Source: Eledone cirrhosa | Taxonomy: Eukaryota | Assembly: GCA_964016885.1 (NCBI GenBank) | Contig: OZ024750.1 | Coordinates: 14,756,001 to 14,820,000, forward strand | DNA: 64,000 nucleotides | Direction: 5' to 3' | In this document: positions 53,132 through 64,000 of the stretch, piece by piece | How the letters are laid out: every line of letters starts with the position of its first letter | How positions within the stretch are numbered: position 1 is the stretch's first letter | Notes under the pieces: generated by a model | What the model was told of the DNA's origin: nothing | Databases searched by the model: none | The model's input: only the letters and a program-made list of their open reading frames with translations | Made by a program: the position numbers and the translations under genes

Positions 53132-55093
53132 GTTAGTGATAATGTTTTATTTTAGCTGTATGCAGTGTTTGAGCTATAGCTAGGCTACGGCCTCACCATG
53201 ACTACAATGTATAATTATAATAAGTTATAAGATAGCTGAAGGTTTTACCATTTATATTATGTGACTCACTTATTTTCTACTTCCCACTCAACTAAATACA
53301 CCTAACTTCTCTTTCTAGCTAGTTGGTGTTGCTCTCTGATTCCTCTAAGTCTTACCATGCTTGTCTCTTAATTTTTATGGCCCTATGTACACCACTATTC
53401 ACTTTATATCATGCTGGGACCTTGCACCTGTAACTTTTAACAGATTCTCTCAGTGGAATTCCTAATTTTCCTCTATGTAATAAGTCACTATCTCCTTCGA
53501 CTTTTTATCATAAGCACCAAGTATAAGTTCTCTGAGTTTGTCACCTACTAAAGGTTCTTTTAGCTTCTATGTCTTCATTCTCCAAATGGCCTTTTATCTC
53601 TAAATAGGTCTCTTATTCTGATGCCACTAATCACTAGACACATTGTATTTACTAGTGAAGGTCTTAGCATTTATCTTACCTGATGAGAATAAAGTGTATT
53701 TGTATTGTGTGTTGACCTCATTTTGCCAGGAGTTGCGACCGACTGGTAGATAGTATCAGCAACAGAAAGACCAATGGAAACATTATTTGCTTCGTCCGAT
53801 TTGACGAGTTTCACCTTAATCCATAAAGGAGTGAAATCTGGGATCTTGTTGATCATTTTTTTGCTCTATCATATTCTCGATTTCAAGGCTTGCTGTTTTG
53901 TAGTTCAGATAATAACTGAGTTGAGCAAATGAAGTCTGGGATCTTGTCAATTGAATTCTATGTTTACCTCATTTGTTGGGTATAATCTTGCTACTTTCTT
54001 GAAGTTTGTGTTGAAAATACATATACATCACTGAACTCCAGAATATAATTAAAACTAATATAATTAGACTCAAAATAGAAGCTTCAATGAGGCATATAAA
54101 CCCACTGAATGATAAGAGATGGGTATCAACATCTATTTCCATTCAGTGGGTTTATATGCCTCATTATTAGATTATATTGTTTAGTGAAGGCGTGTGGCTG
54201 ATTGGTTAGAGAACTGGATTTGCAATCGTGAGATTGTCAGTTCAATTCCTGGACCGGTCGATGTGTTATGTCCTTGAACAAGACACTTTATTTCATGTTG
54301 ATCTTTCTACCTGGAGTTGCGGCCGATAGAGAGTATTAGCAATTGGAAAGACCAACGGAAACCTTGTTTCCTTGGTTTCATTTGACGAAAGTCGATGGAC
54401 GCACACATTGTTTAGTCAATGTTACGGCAAACTTTCTATTTCAGTTCTAAACTCCATTCACCACGTTTCAAACTTACTTCCTTTGTTAATATAATTAGTT
54501 TTTATATTCCTAAATAAAAAGGAATGTAATTAGTGTAAAACAAAATTACATAATCTGAATATTATTCTCAACATTATGAATGTTTAGATTTTTCTCTTTA
54601 ATTATCTTTATCAAAGAATTTGAGAGTCCTTCCATTAATAACAGATTTCATGTTGACTTTGTTTCACCCTTCCGCATTTAAACCAGCCAGAATTCTCTCA
54701 CCTCTTTCTGTTCAAACTGGTCATAACTGGCCACTCATACTGACTTTTACATATTTTTCTCAAAATAAATATCAAAATCTTGTAGAGTAGATTCGATATT
54801 ATATGAGATCATTATGAGATAAAGCCTTTTCTATGAAAATACTATAGTATATATAGAGTAATGTGAATGCTAAAGGGTTAAACATATAGCATTTATTCCA
54901 TAGAGTACCATATTGACTTTATGCTATAATAATGTTTAGCTAATGATTACCGTATTGTCTTTATATTATAATGTTTATCATATTGTCTTTTACCACTAAT
55001 ATTAGAATATATTCTTATCTGTTGTCTGTGAACTAGCAATAAAATTCTTGGATCTTTTCTATAAATAAACATTGGTTTACTCTTTTATTTCAG

Positions 55094-55156
55094 AGACCAT
55101 CAACTCCAATCTTTGAGAGAAGAAGAATAACAAAATTATTTTCAAGCAGTGAATGA
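55094..55156 (+). CDS. RABL3: RABL3 terminal coding exon 8 (RPSTPIFERRRITKLFSSSE*)
   Basis: Strong acceptor TCTTTTATTTCAG, in phase 0; FERRR resembles the human FPDRKR tail; no CAAX box, as expected for RABL3. Total CDS 684 nt. Confidence 0.78.
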   Translation, partial: RPSTPIFERRRITKLFSSSE

Positions 55157-55469
55157 AGACATTTAAAGAAAATTTTTACTGTATATTTTGAAAGCTGTTG
55201 TTATGTTTATAATTACCATGCAGCTACTTTCATCAAGTTTGTAAATTTCAAAGAATGATTAAGCTCTTAGCATTACTTTTATATATTTTATGGGAAGTAT
55301 GTATTTATTCTTAGAAAAGCTAATTCAATAATTAAAAAAAAAGTGCCTACAATTTTCTTTCATTTTACTGTAATTATGTTAAGCTGGCATCGGGATGGGT
55401 ATACAGTTTTAGAAAATCTACCAGTAAAGAGATCTTGTTCAACGCATCGTATGGAAACAGTGATTATGA

Positions 55470-55518
<49 letters not shown>

Positions 55519-55816
55519 GATTAATGTAAAACTACTACCACCTTTCATAAAATCTGGAATTTTATTTCAAGCAAGAAATCAACAGTAAAACTGTAAATGA
55601 TGATTAGCCAAAATAGAAAATATCTGGAAATTTGATAAATACAAAGATTTATGTTGATACTCTGTGATAAATACAATTATAAAAAACATGCTTTAATATT
55701 TAAAAAAAAAAATTATTTTGTTTTAAAAGTAAACTTCTCATAAAGACTTCAAAACATAAAAGTAATTTCTGTTTTTTTTTAGATAATCATCATATTCAAA
55801 ATCATTCAGAGATAAT

Positions 55817-55972
55817 ACAGTGAAATTCCGTTATAATGAAATTCATGGAGGTATAAAAAAAAAATTTGTTGTAACGTAAAATTCTTTACAATGAAATCGA
55901 CCATTTGTTTTTTATTACCTCAGGGATTGAAAAAAAATTTGTTATAATTGTATTCGTTATAACGGAATTTTA
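55817..55972. mobile_element. Tigger/pogo-like MITE
   Basis: TA-CAGTGAAATTCCGTTATAATGAA ... TTCGTTATAACGGAATTTTAC inverted ends. Confidence 0.6.
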
Positions 55973-56707
55973 CCTTTAGTTGTTATCTCATAAGTAACAT
56001 GCCCAGAAGTTAAAAATACATCCAAAGCATTACAATCAATAAGACCATGTACCTCCAGAGGTTCAATCCATAAAAAGAATATGGTTGATGCTAGAAGTAA
56101 AAGTTACAAACCCAAAATTTGATTTTTTTAAAAAATACCACAGACTAGTTAGACTTCTTAAATTTGCATAGAGGTCATCTATATTTTTAAGCATAATTTG
56201 ATGGCATATATTATTTAGTTAAAAGGAATAAAAGTATTTTGATTGCCTGACATAGAACTCTGAGAAAAGGTGCCAAACTGAGTTCAAATGTTACACAACC
56301 ATCTCACATTTGTGACATTATGCAAGACACACAACTCTGCTTGCCTCAGTCAACTGACTAACAAACAATTCCATTCCTATTTTATGAATGAAATGATTAA
56401 GTGTAAGAAGTGCAATTGCAAGCAGGGAAAAGCGGACGTAAAATGATGTTAAACCGACTGTATCTGGCCAGAATTCTCTCACCTCTTTCTATTCAATCCA
56501 GTTGTAACTGGCCACTCATACTGATGTTAAGGTATTGTTCTCAAAATAAATAATATCAAAATCTTATAGATTCGATATTATGTGAAACAAAATGTTTATC
56601 GTGAAAATATATAGTAAATATAATGTCAATGCTAAAGGGTTAAACAATAAATTTCATCTATCTTGAAATATTTACCTTAAAAATGAATATAAACCAATAC
56701 AAGCAAA

Positions 56708-56789
56708 TACAGGGTGTCCCCAAAAATGTATACAAATATTTATTAGAATGTTGTTGAAGTATGTATACATTTTTTTGAGATACCCTGTA
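56708..56789. mobile_element. Tiny Tc1/mariner-type MITE
   Basis: TA-CAGGGTGTCCCCAAAAATGTATAC ... GTATACATTTTTTTGAGATACCCTG-TA; relative at 37271-37345. Confidence 0.75.
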
Positions 56790-56907
56790 TATCCAACTTT
56801 TGGGAGTTGAGCACCAGAATCAATAAAGTAGATTTCAGATATTGATATGAAACTATATAGTTACATAAAATACATCAGGAGGAGCTATTGGAAACATCAG
56901 ATATTAA

Positions 56908-57344
56908 TTATTGATCTTTTGTTTCTTTGAAGGCTGAAATAACCTGATACTGTTTGTTTTCATAAGAATGTGTCTCCATTTTTACATTTTCAAATTTATT
57001 ATTGCGAAGAGCAACCATATAACGCTCTTCATCTGGATTGCCATATTTCAATAAACCTTTTTCTTTTGCAATTTTCAAACTATCACAATTAATTGTTGTT
57101 ACCATAAAGGAATTAGGCTTTAAAACACGATATAACTCTTCAGCACCTTTGTCAAAATCTGGCCAAAAATAAAAACAATTGCAATGAAAGATTCGATCAA
57201 AGAAATTTGATTCAAATGGCAATTCCATAACACTTCCAAGATGTAGTTCCACTTTTTTATTGGTGATGCCTTCCTTCATTAGTTTGCTTGCTGATTCCAA
57301 CATGTAAGGTGATAAATCCAGGCCAAATATTTTTCCTTTGCCAT
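56908..57344 (-). CDS. Class I SAM-dependent methyltransferase (YdaC-like), last coding exon
   Basis: Acceptor TCTTCTTTCAATTTAG; (D)GKGKIFGLDLSPYML...ELHLGSVMELPFESNFFDRIFHCNCFYFWPD...ELYRVLKPNSFMVT...KDQ*, i.e. typical Methyltransf_11/25 motifs II-III. Confidence 0.95.
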
Positions 57345-58039
57345 CTAAATTGAAAGAAGAAAGTACATGAATATACATACATACATTATCATCATCATCC
57401 ATTTATGTCAATTTTTCAATTCCATTCATGCAAATGTCCTCAAAGAACTGAGCAACCTTGAGACTTCCATCATAAATAAGAATGAACATATTGGTTAATA
57501 ATATCTTCTCCCTAAAAATGATAGGTTGATCACGACTAGAGTAACTTGGATAATAGGTACACTCAATCGGATTTAACCTGTGGCTAAAAAAGATGAGTAG
57601 AATATCTTATAGCTATTAGTACAGTGAAAAATGATGTCAAGAAGGGTACTGAAATTGTGTGTACCATCATCATCATCCTCATTTTATGTCCGCTTTTCCT
57701 TGATGGCAAGAGTGGGACAGGTCTTATTAAGCACTGTATCTCTCCATTTGTCACAGTCTTTTGTCATCTCCTCCATGAGCTTCAGCGATCTGAGGTCTGC
57801 CTCTCACCACCTCCGCCCATGTTTTTTTGTGGCCTTCCTCGACTGCTTCTTCCTTCTACTGAGCTTTCTTGGCACTTCTTTACCCAACGGTCATCCCCTA
57901 TGCACATCACATGTCCATACCAATGCAGTCATCTCTCACGCACACTACAGCCTATCCCTCTAATACTCAGTTTCTCTCTCAACTCGTCTATGCTTGGTCG
58001 TTCACACACATTGAAATTGCACATCCAACGGTATATAGT

Positions 58040-58265
58040 GTGTGTGTATATAGAGAAACAGTTAACAGATGTTGTTTGTGTTCATATAGTGAACAGTAAC
58101 CAGATGTTGTTTGTGTGTATATAGTGAACAGATGATATGTGTATATAGCAAAACAGTAAACAGATGCTGTTTGGGTGTATATAGTGAAACAGTAAACAGA
58201 TGATGTGTGTATATAGTAAAACAGTAAACAGATGATGTGTGAATATAGTAAAACAGTAAACAGAT
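58040..58265. repeat. ~30-35 bp diverged minisatellite in the methyltransferase intron
   Basis: GTGTATATAGT.AAACAGTAAACAGATG repeated ~7 times. Confidence 0.85.
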
Positions 58266-58336
58266 GAAAATGAAAATATAAGTATTTACTAACTTGCATA
58301 TAAAAAATAAATAAATACAGTAGTTTTCCAAATTAC

Positions 58337-58472
58337 CTTTGATCTTATTATATGCTGCTTCAATACCTAAACCAGGTCCAAAACCAACTTCAAGAATATA
58401 ATGGTTAGATTGAACATCACAATGGTCAACAGCCGTTGTTTCTAAATATTTATTTTTTCTTTTGAGGAAGAA
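58337..58472 (-). CDS. Methyltransferase coding exon 2 (FFLKRKNKYLETTAVDHCDVQSNHYILEVGFGPGLGIEAAYNKIK-D)
   Basis: Acceptor TATTTCAG, donor GTAATT; SAM-binding motif I LEVGFGPG; phase-1 junction fits the last exon. Confidence 0.95.
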
Positions 58473-59760
58473 CTGAAATATAAAAAACAGATTTATCAAT
58501 AATCTTATCAAATTCAGAAATATTAATCTACTAACTGATTCATTCTTTAATTAATTTCTCTGCATTTTTTAAAACCCAAACTTAAAAAAAAAAAAAAAAT
58601 TCCTTTAAACTGGCCATATCTGGCCAGAATTCTCTCACCTCTTTCTGTTCAAACTGGCTGTAACTGGCCACTCATAGAGATGTTAAGGTATTATTATCAA
58701 AATAAATAATATCAAAATCTCATAGATTCAATATTATGTGAGATAATTATGTAAGATAAAACCTTTACCACAAAAATACAGTAGTATATATATAATAATT
58801 GTTTCTACTTTTGGCACAAGGCCAGCAATTATCTCAGTGCATTACTGGTACTATATTTTATTGACCCTGTAAGGATGAAAGGCAAAGTTAACCTCGGCGG
58901 GTTTTGAACTCAGATCGTAAAGGGACGTAACTCTATGCTGCAAAGCATGGCATCAGATCCTCTACCGATACTGCCAATCCACCGCCCTGTAGTATATATA
59001 GAGTAATGTAAATGCTAAAGGGTTAAACAGAAGTCACACTTCAACTTGGATTTATAATGTGTAAAAATATCTAAGTTGAAAACATGTAATATAAACAACT
59101 AGGTGAAGGGGAACTAAAAATTCATAGTAGTTTTGAAGTTATCATAAACAAATAGAACAGAGGATCTCAAACTTTTTGGGCCACCATTCCTCTCGGTCAC
59201 TTAATATCTTCAGTGCCCACCCCTATTTCCAGAGAGACCTGCCTACACGCAAATTGTAAATAATATATAATAAATAAAATCATTCATTTAAATATATAAT
59301 AAATACCATGTATAAATTAAATAAGTCAGACAAGTATGCAATATCCTTCTTTATATTTTTAAGCCTCTCACTAAATTCAGGGGCTGCAGTATCAAAGAAC
59401 TCTGTTATTGAATCAAACAAGGTGTAAAATCGATTTAGTTGGGTGGAGCTTGTAAAATTGGACCAAGGAAACAATGTTTCCATTGGTCTTTCCATTGCTG
59501 ATACCATCTATGGGTTGCAACTCCTGGCTGAAAGAGAGAGCAACATGAAATATAGTGTCTTGTTCAAGGGCATAACACATCGCCTGGTCTGGGAGTCGAA
59601 CACGCAATCTCACAATTGCGAATCCACGAATCCAATTCTCTAACCACTAAGCCACCTGCCTACACATGATAAGGTATGGTTTAAGATAGATTGACTGGTA
59701 TTTCAAGCAGGTCTAGCAAATGTATTGAATATTTACCAAATATATATAAATAACACACAC

Positions 59761-59829
59761 CTGAGTCAGTCTTCCTATAATAGATTTCTCTGGAAGTCGG
59801 AGATTTTTGGCAATTGCATTGGTAGCCAT
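59761..59829 (-). CDS. Methyltransferase coding exon 1 (MATNAIAKNLRLPEKSIIGRLTQ)
   Basis: ATG at 59829 in AAAATGG context, phase-0 donor GTGTGT; the AKxLRxPxxxxG pattern resembles YdaC-like N-termini; the exon likely starts at an acceptor at 59914. Total CDS 642 nt (213 aa). Confidence 0.85.
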
Positions 59830-62800
59830 TTTGAAGTTTTAAGTTGACAATATGTTTCAATTTCAGTAAATTTGCCTTAGAAAGTTCAATAACAGTCCCA
59901 GATAACCATGGCTTCTAAATTAAATATTGAGAGGAAGAAAATTGTATAGAATGGTGTCAGAAAGTTAAATATATAATGACAATATCAATTTTATAAACAT
60001 AATCCATGCAAGCATGGAAAAATAGATGTAAAAATGATGATGCTGGTAATAATTTTTAGCATAAAATGTAACTTGACTCTGCTTTCCACTAACACACCCT
60101 AGCAGCTATCCTCAACATTCTGCTCACCCCACCACCTCCAGTATCACTCCTGAACTACCCCCTCCCTCTGAAGTGCTTAGATACCCTGACTATTTCACCC
60201 TAGGAGCAATCCTCTCTACTACCACCCCTTAGCTATTTTCTCCTTCATTATACTGACCCCTCCACAAGCTATTAACCACACCACTTTCACTTCTTAGGTA
60301 TTCTCATCATCACTACATCCCTTACACTATTGGAGTTCATCCTTTCTGTCCCTACTCATCACCCTATCGAATCACATCACACCTGCCATACATCCATAAC
60401 ATCAAACTTGTCTCTCTTCCCCTTCCCCTACCCCACAGAGCAGAGAGGGCTCTTCAGTTGAAAAAATAACCAACAACCTCTCACCCAGTACACCCTGCAA
60501 TGTGGTTGGCTGTAGGAAGGCCACCTTGCTGTAGAAACCATGCCAAAAGGTTTGAGAAGACCTTTCAGTTGCATAAACTGTGACAACCTCTTTAGTGTTG
60601 GAGATTTACACAAGTTTCCCCTTCTCTTCCATATAACAAAGCAGACAGGAACTAAAAGAGCAATGATTGTACCTGGTATTTGTAAATCGAGTTGTCTTTT
60701 CTTTGTTAGTGATCAATCCACGTTATCTTATGACACTGTGGTAGACATTAGCACCCTCTAGAACCAAGTAACAAGAGACCTACACTAATTCTATAGCCTG
60801 TAGATCATTCCCTAATTGCAACCCTTGATAAGAAATCAGTTATACTTGCTCTTCAAAGAGTTTTTCATTGTTAAATTGCTGACTCTAATTCTAGGAGTTA
60901 ATTTACATACATCATTTCTACCTTTTAGTGGATTATTGATTCCACCACTTATACTGTGTACATTCAGGTACCTTCTGTCTGCCTTATTTTCTTAACCCTT
61001 CAGCATTCACATTACTCTAATCTACTATTGTATTTTCACAGAAAAGGCTTTATCTCACATAATTATTCAGGTCGAATCTGAGATTTTGATGATGTTATTA
61101 TTTACTTTGAAAACAAGACCTTAACATTTAGGAGTGGCTAGTTATGGCCGGTTTGAACAGAAAGAGGCGAGAGAATTCTGGCTGGTTTAAATCCTTCTCT
61201 TTTAAACAGGTATGACGCTGATTTGTGCAAGACATCATCCACCTTTAAGATTTCTAAAGCAAAATTTGATCATATGCTGGAACTGGGAATTGTTCATCCA
61301 TTCAGTAGCAGCTAGTTGCAGCTCTTCATATGGTCCCTAAAAAACTGCAGGGAACTGACATACACACTGAATCTGATAAGCATCATCATCATCATCGTTT
61401 AACGTCCATCTTCCACGCTAGCATGGGTTAGACGGTTATCCTGTACCTTAATTATTGGACTTCTCTTTGATTCTTAATGGTACTAAAATATTCTTTAAAA
61501 TTAGTCTTAAAATCAAATATCTATTAAACCAGATATTCCTAAATGCTGCATGAACATTTCATCACTTCAACAATAATGTAATTTATCGAATATCTTTTGT
61601 CTCTGATATATTGGTGATTTGCTGGTTGCCAGTACATCCAGAGACAAACATGAAAGGCATCTTCACCTTTTCAAAAGATAGATATAGTGACTTACACATA
61701 GCTAGGAACTTCTTTTTGCCATCTATACTGCTCCATTCTAGCACAAAGCCAAACTGCATCTTATATAATTTAACTTTTTCCCTGATTAATTGTGGGGGTG
61801 CGTGGCCCAGTGGTAAGGGTGTTGGACTTACAAACATAATGTGTGGGTTTGATTCCTGGACTGGGTCGGGTGTTGTGTTCTCGAGCAAAACACTTCATTT
61901 CACATTGTTCCAGTATACTGAGCTAAAAATGAGTAACAGCAGTTGCTGGGGGTTTAACTCTGCAATGGACTGTCATCCTGTCCAGGAGGTTGTCTTGTAC
62001 TCTGTCGCTTCATGCCACAGAAACTGGGGCAGGCACTGGCCAGATGAATCTCTGGGCTTGAGACAGACTTTATTTTCCCTTGTAACAATGCATTATCTAA
62101 TTACACTAACTACAATGTATTATCTAATTAACTATGGATTGGCAGTATTGGTAGAGGGTCGGACGCCATGCTTTGACGTATAGAGTTACGGCCCTTGCCA
62201 TTCTGAGTTCAAATCCCGCCGAGGTTAACTTTGCCTTTCATCCTTACGGGGTCGATAAAATAAAGTACCAGTAATGCACTGGGTATTTGCTGGCCTTGTG
62301 CCTAACGTAGAAACAATTATCTAATTAACTATGGGATGACTAGCTTAACTCCTACTTCACCAGATGATTTGACAGTCCAGCAGCTTTTCCCTTTTACATT
62401 TGACTGATTGCTTCTTTGACTATATAATTATCGATTTCGATACTTGGGGTGGCTGGGGGTTGTCCCTCTTCGTTTACCCAACTTCTCATAGTAACATTTC
62501 CAGACCTCTTTCTTCTGAGCTTTGCAGCACAGTTTATGGCTTTTTGCGTTCTGTGTTCAAATCCCGCTGAGGTTAACTTTGCCTTTCATCCTTACGGGGT
62601 CGATAAAATAAAGTTTCCTCTCCTCCAAATTTGCTGGCCCTGTGCCTATACAAGAAACCGTTATTTCGAATACAATTTTTCCTCAATGTTTTACACTAAC
62701 ATTGCTTTGAAATGTAGAACACCTCATGTCATTTATTGACAAACCTCTTTCTTGCTTTCAACTTCTCTACATGTTAAGTAAACCTGTTGCCTAACTTTTC

Positions 62801-63716
62801 TGTTTGCAGACAACAGGTGAAACGCTATAGCGATGTGTGTTGCGTCCCTTTAAGGTTTACTGGCTACATAGCCTATTCGTTTAGAATTCTACCCGATACC
62901 ACGAATAACTAATTTACTAATGTTACGTTAAGTTTATATAGTGTAAATAAAAAGAGATTACATATGCACAGCTCTCCTCGTTTGTTATTAAATAGATTAC
63001 GTAACGTTTTTAGCTGATTTTCCTTCGCATTTAAGTTTTTCTCTCTTGCACATATTCGCTACACACATAACATATACATTAGCTGAGCATGTGCAATTAA
63101 TCCAGTGATATGACAAGATATTTTCACTTTCTTATTCCGAGCTATATTGTCAATGATAACCCTTTTAAGAGACGTCATTGCAACAAAGTGTTTCCATCAA
63201 TTTACACTAGTATACACAAACACAGACTATACATGGAAATTTAAACTTTTACGTACTTTAGATAAAATCACAATAATTGTTTCTACTTTAGGCACAAGGC
63301 CAGCAATTACCCAGTGCATTACTGGTACTTTATTTTATCGACCCCGTAAGGATGAAAGGCAAAGTTAACCTCGGCGGGATTTGAACTCAGAATGGCAAGG
63401 GCCGTAACGTCAAAATGAGAGTATGTATCTAGATGAGTGAAAATACGTATTTAAAAGAATACAACTCACGCTTGAAAAGTTGTCAAAACTTAGTCGGGAA
63501 TGTAAAAGTAAAGAACGTGGTGCGGTATTTTGAGTCTTTCACTGATTAATAATCGCTTTATTATCGTTTTGCAACATTGTAGAGCGAATATAAAATTTTA
63601 TAAGTTTCAGCTTTGAAAAACTACCCTCACCATTTTCCATCGATATTGGAAGTGTGAAAAAGATGCTCAATGCAATAGCATCATTTGAGTGATATAAAAA
63701 ATTGGCACTACAAAGG

Positions 63717-63997
63717 TGTCAGTCGAAAACAGCCGATGAAAGCAAAACATCGTTTATTTCCGTATTACTACCACGCGTAAGTGGAGTTTTCTTTTTTTCT
63801 AATTAACTTAAATTTGTTTTCTAATTTGGCCCTTAAAAGGGCCACCTATATTTTCATTTAAGTAACTCCACTTACATCGATATGCTTTAAAAAAAAACAA
63901 AAAAAAACGTATGAAAACTCCACTTACGCGTGGTGGTAGTAATACGGAAATAAACGATGGCGAATGACGCCACCTTCGCCTGCTTTCACGACTGACA
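63717..63997. mobile_element. MITE-like inverted repeat element
   Basis: CATCGTTTATTTCCGTATTACTACCACGCGTAAGTGGAGTTTT (63748-) versus AAAACTCCACTTACGCGTGGTGGTAGTAATACGGAAATAAACGATG (-63959); outer TGTCAGTCG / CGACTGACA. Confidence 0.75.
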
Positions 63998-64000
63998 GCT

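Overview
Eukaryotic, AT-rich, repeat-saturated genomic DNA. The SINE families, dense (TA)n/(GATA)n/(CAT)n/(CCA)n microsatellites and spliceosomal introns suggest an octopus/cephalopod genome; this is an inference from repeat style, not a database hit. Almost all ORFs in the supplied track are microsatellite or satellite artefacts. Two real spliced genes can be reconstructed by hand. (1) An 8-exon RABL3 (Rab-like 3 GTPase) orthologue on + (CDS 45276-55156, 227 aa), with an unusual Glu in place of the G3 Asp. (2) A convergent class I SAM-dependent methyltransferase (YdaC-like) with 3 coding exons on - (CDS 59829-56908, 213 aa), preceded by a strong-Kozak uORF. The first ~45 kb has no gene I could support. 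It holds decayed LINEs (RTE, CR1, Tx1), a Penelope-like RT remnant, tRNA-SINEs, TTAA/hAT/Tc1 MITEs and several minisatellites, one with a 9-mer higher-order repeat and two born from the same SINE segment. The most notable observations are a complete type I hammerhead-ribozyme fold inside an inverted Penelope-type repeat (37057-37109, -), and a copy of RABL3 intron 3/exon 4 located 20 kb upstream, fused to a truncated copy of that same hammerhead-bearing element. I do not see evidence for a wholly new multi-gene system.
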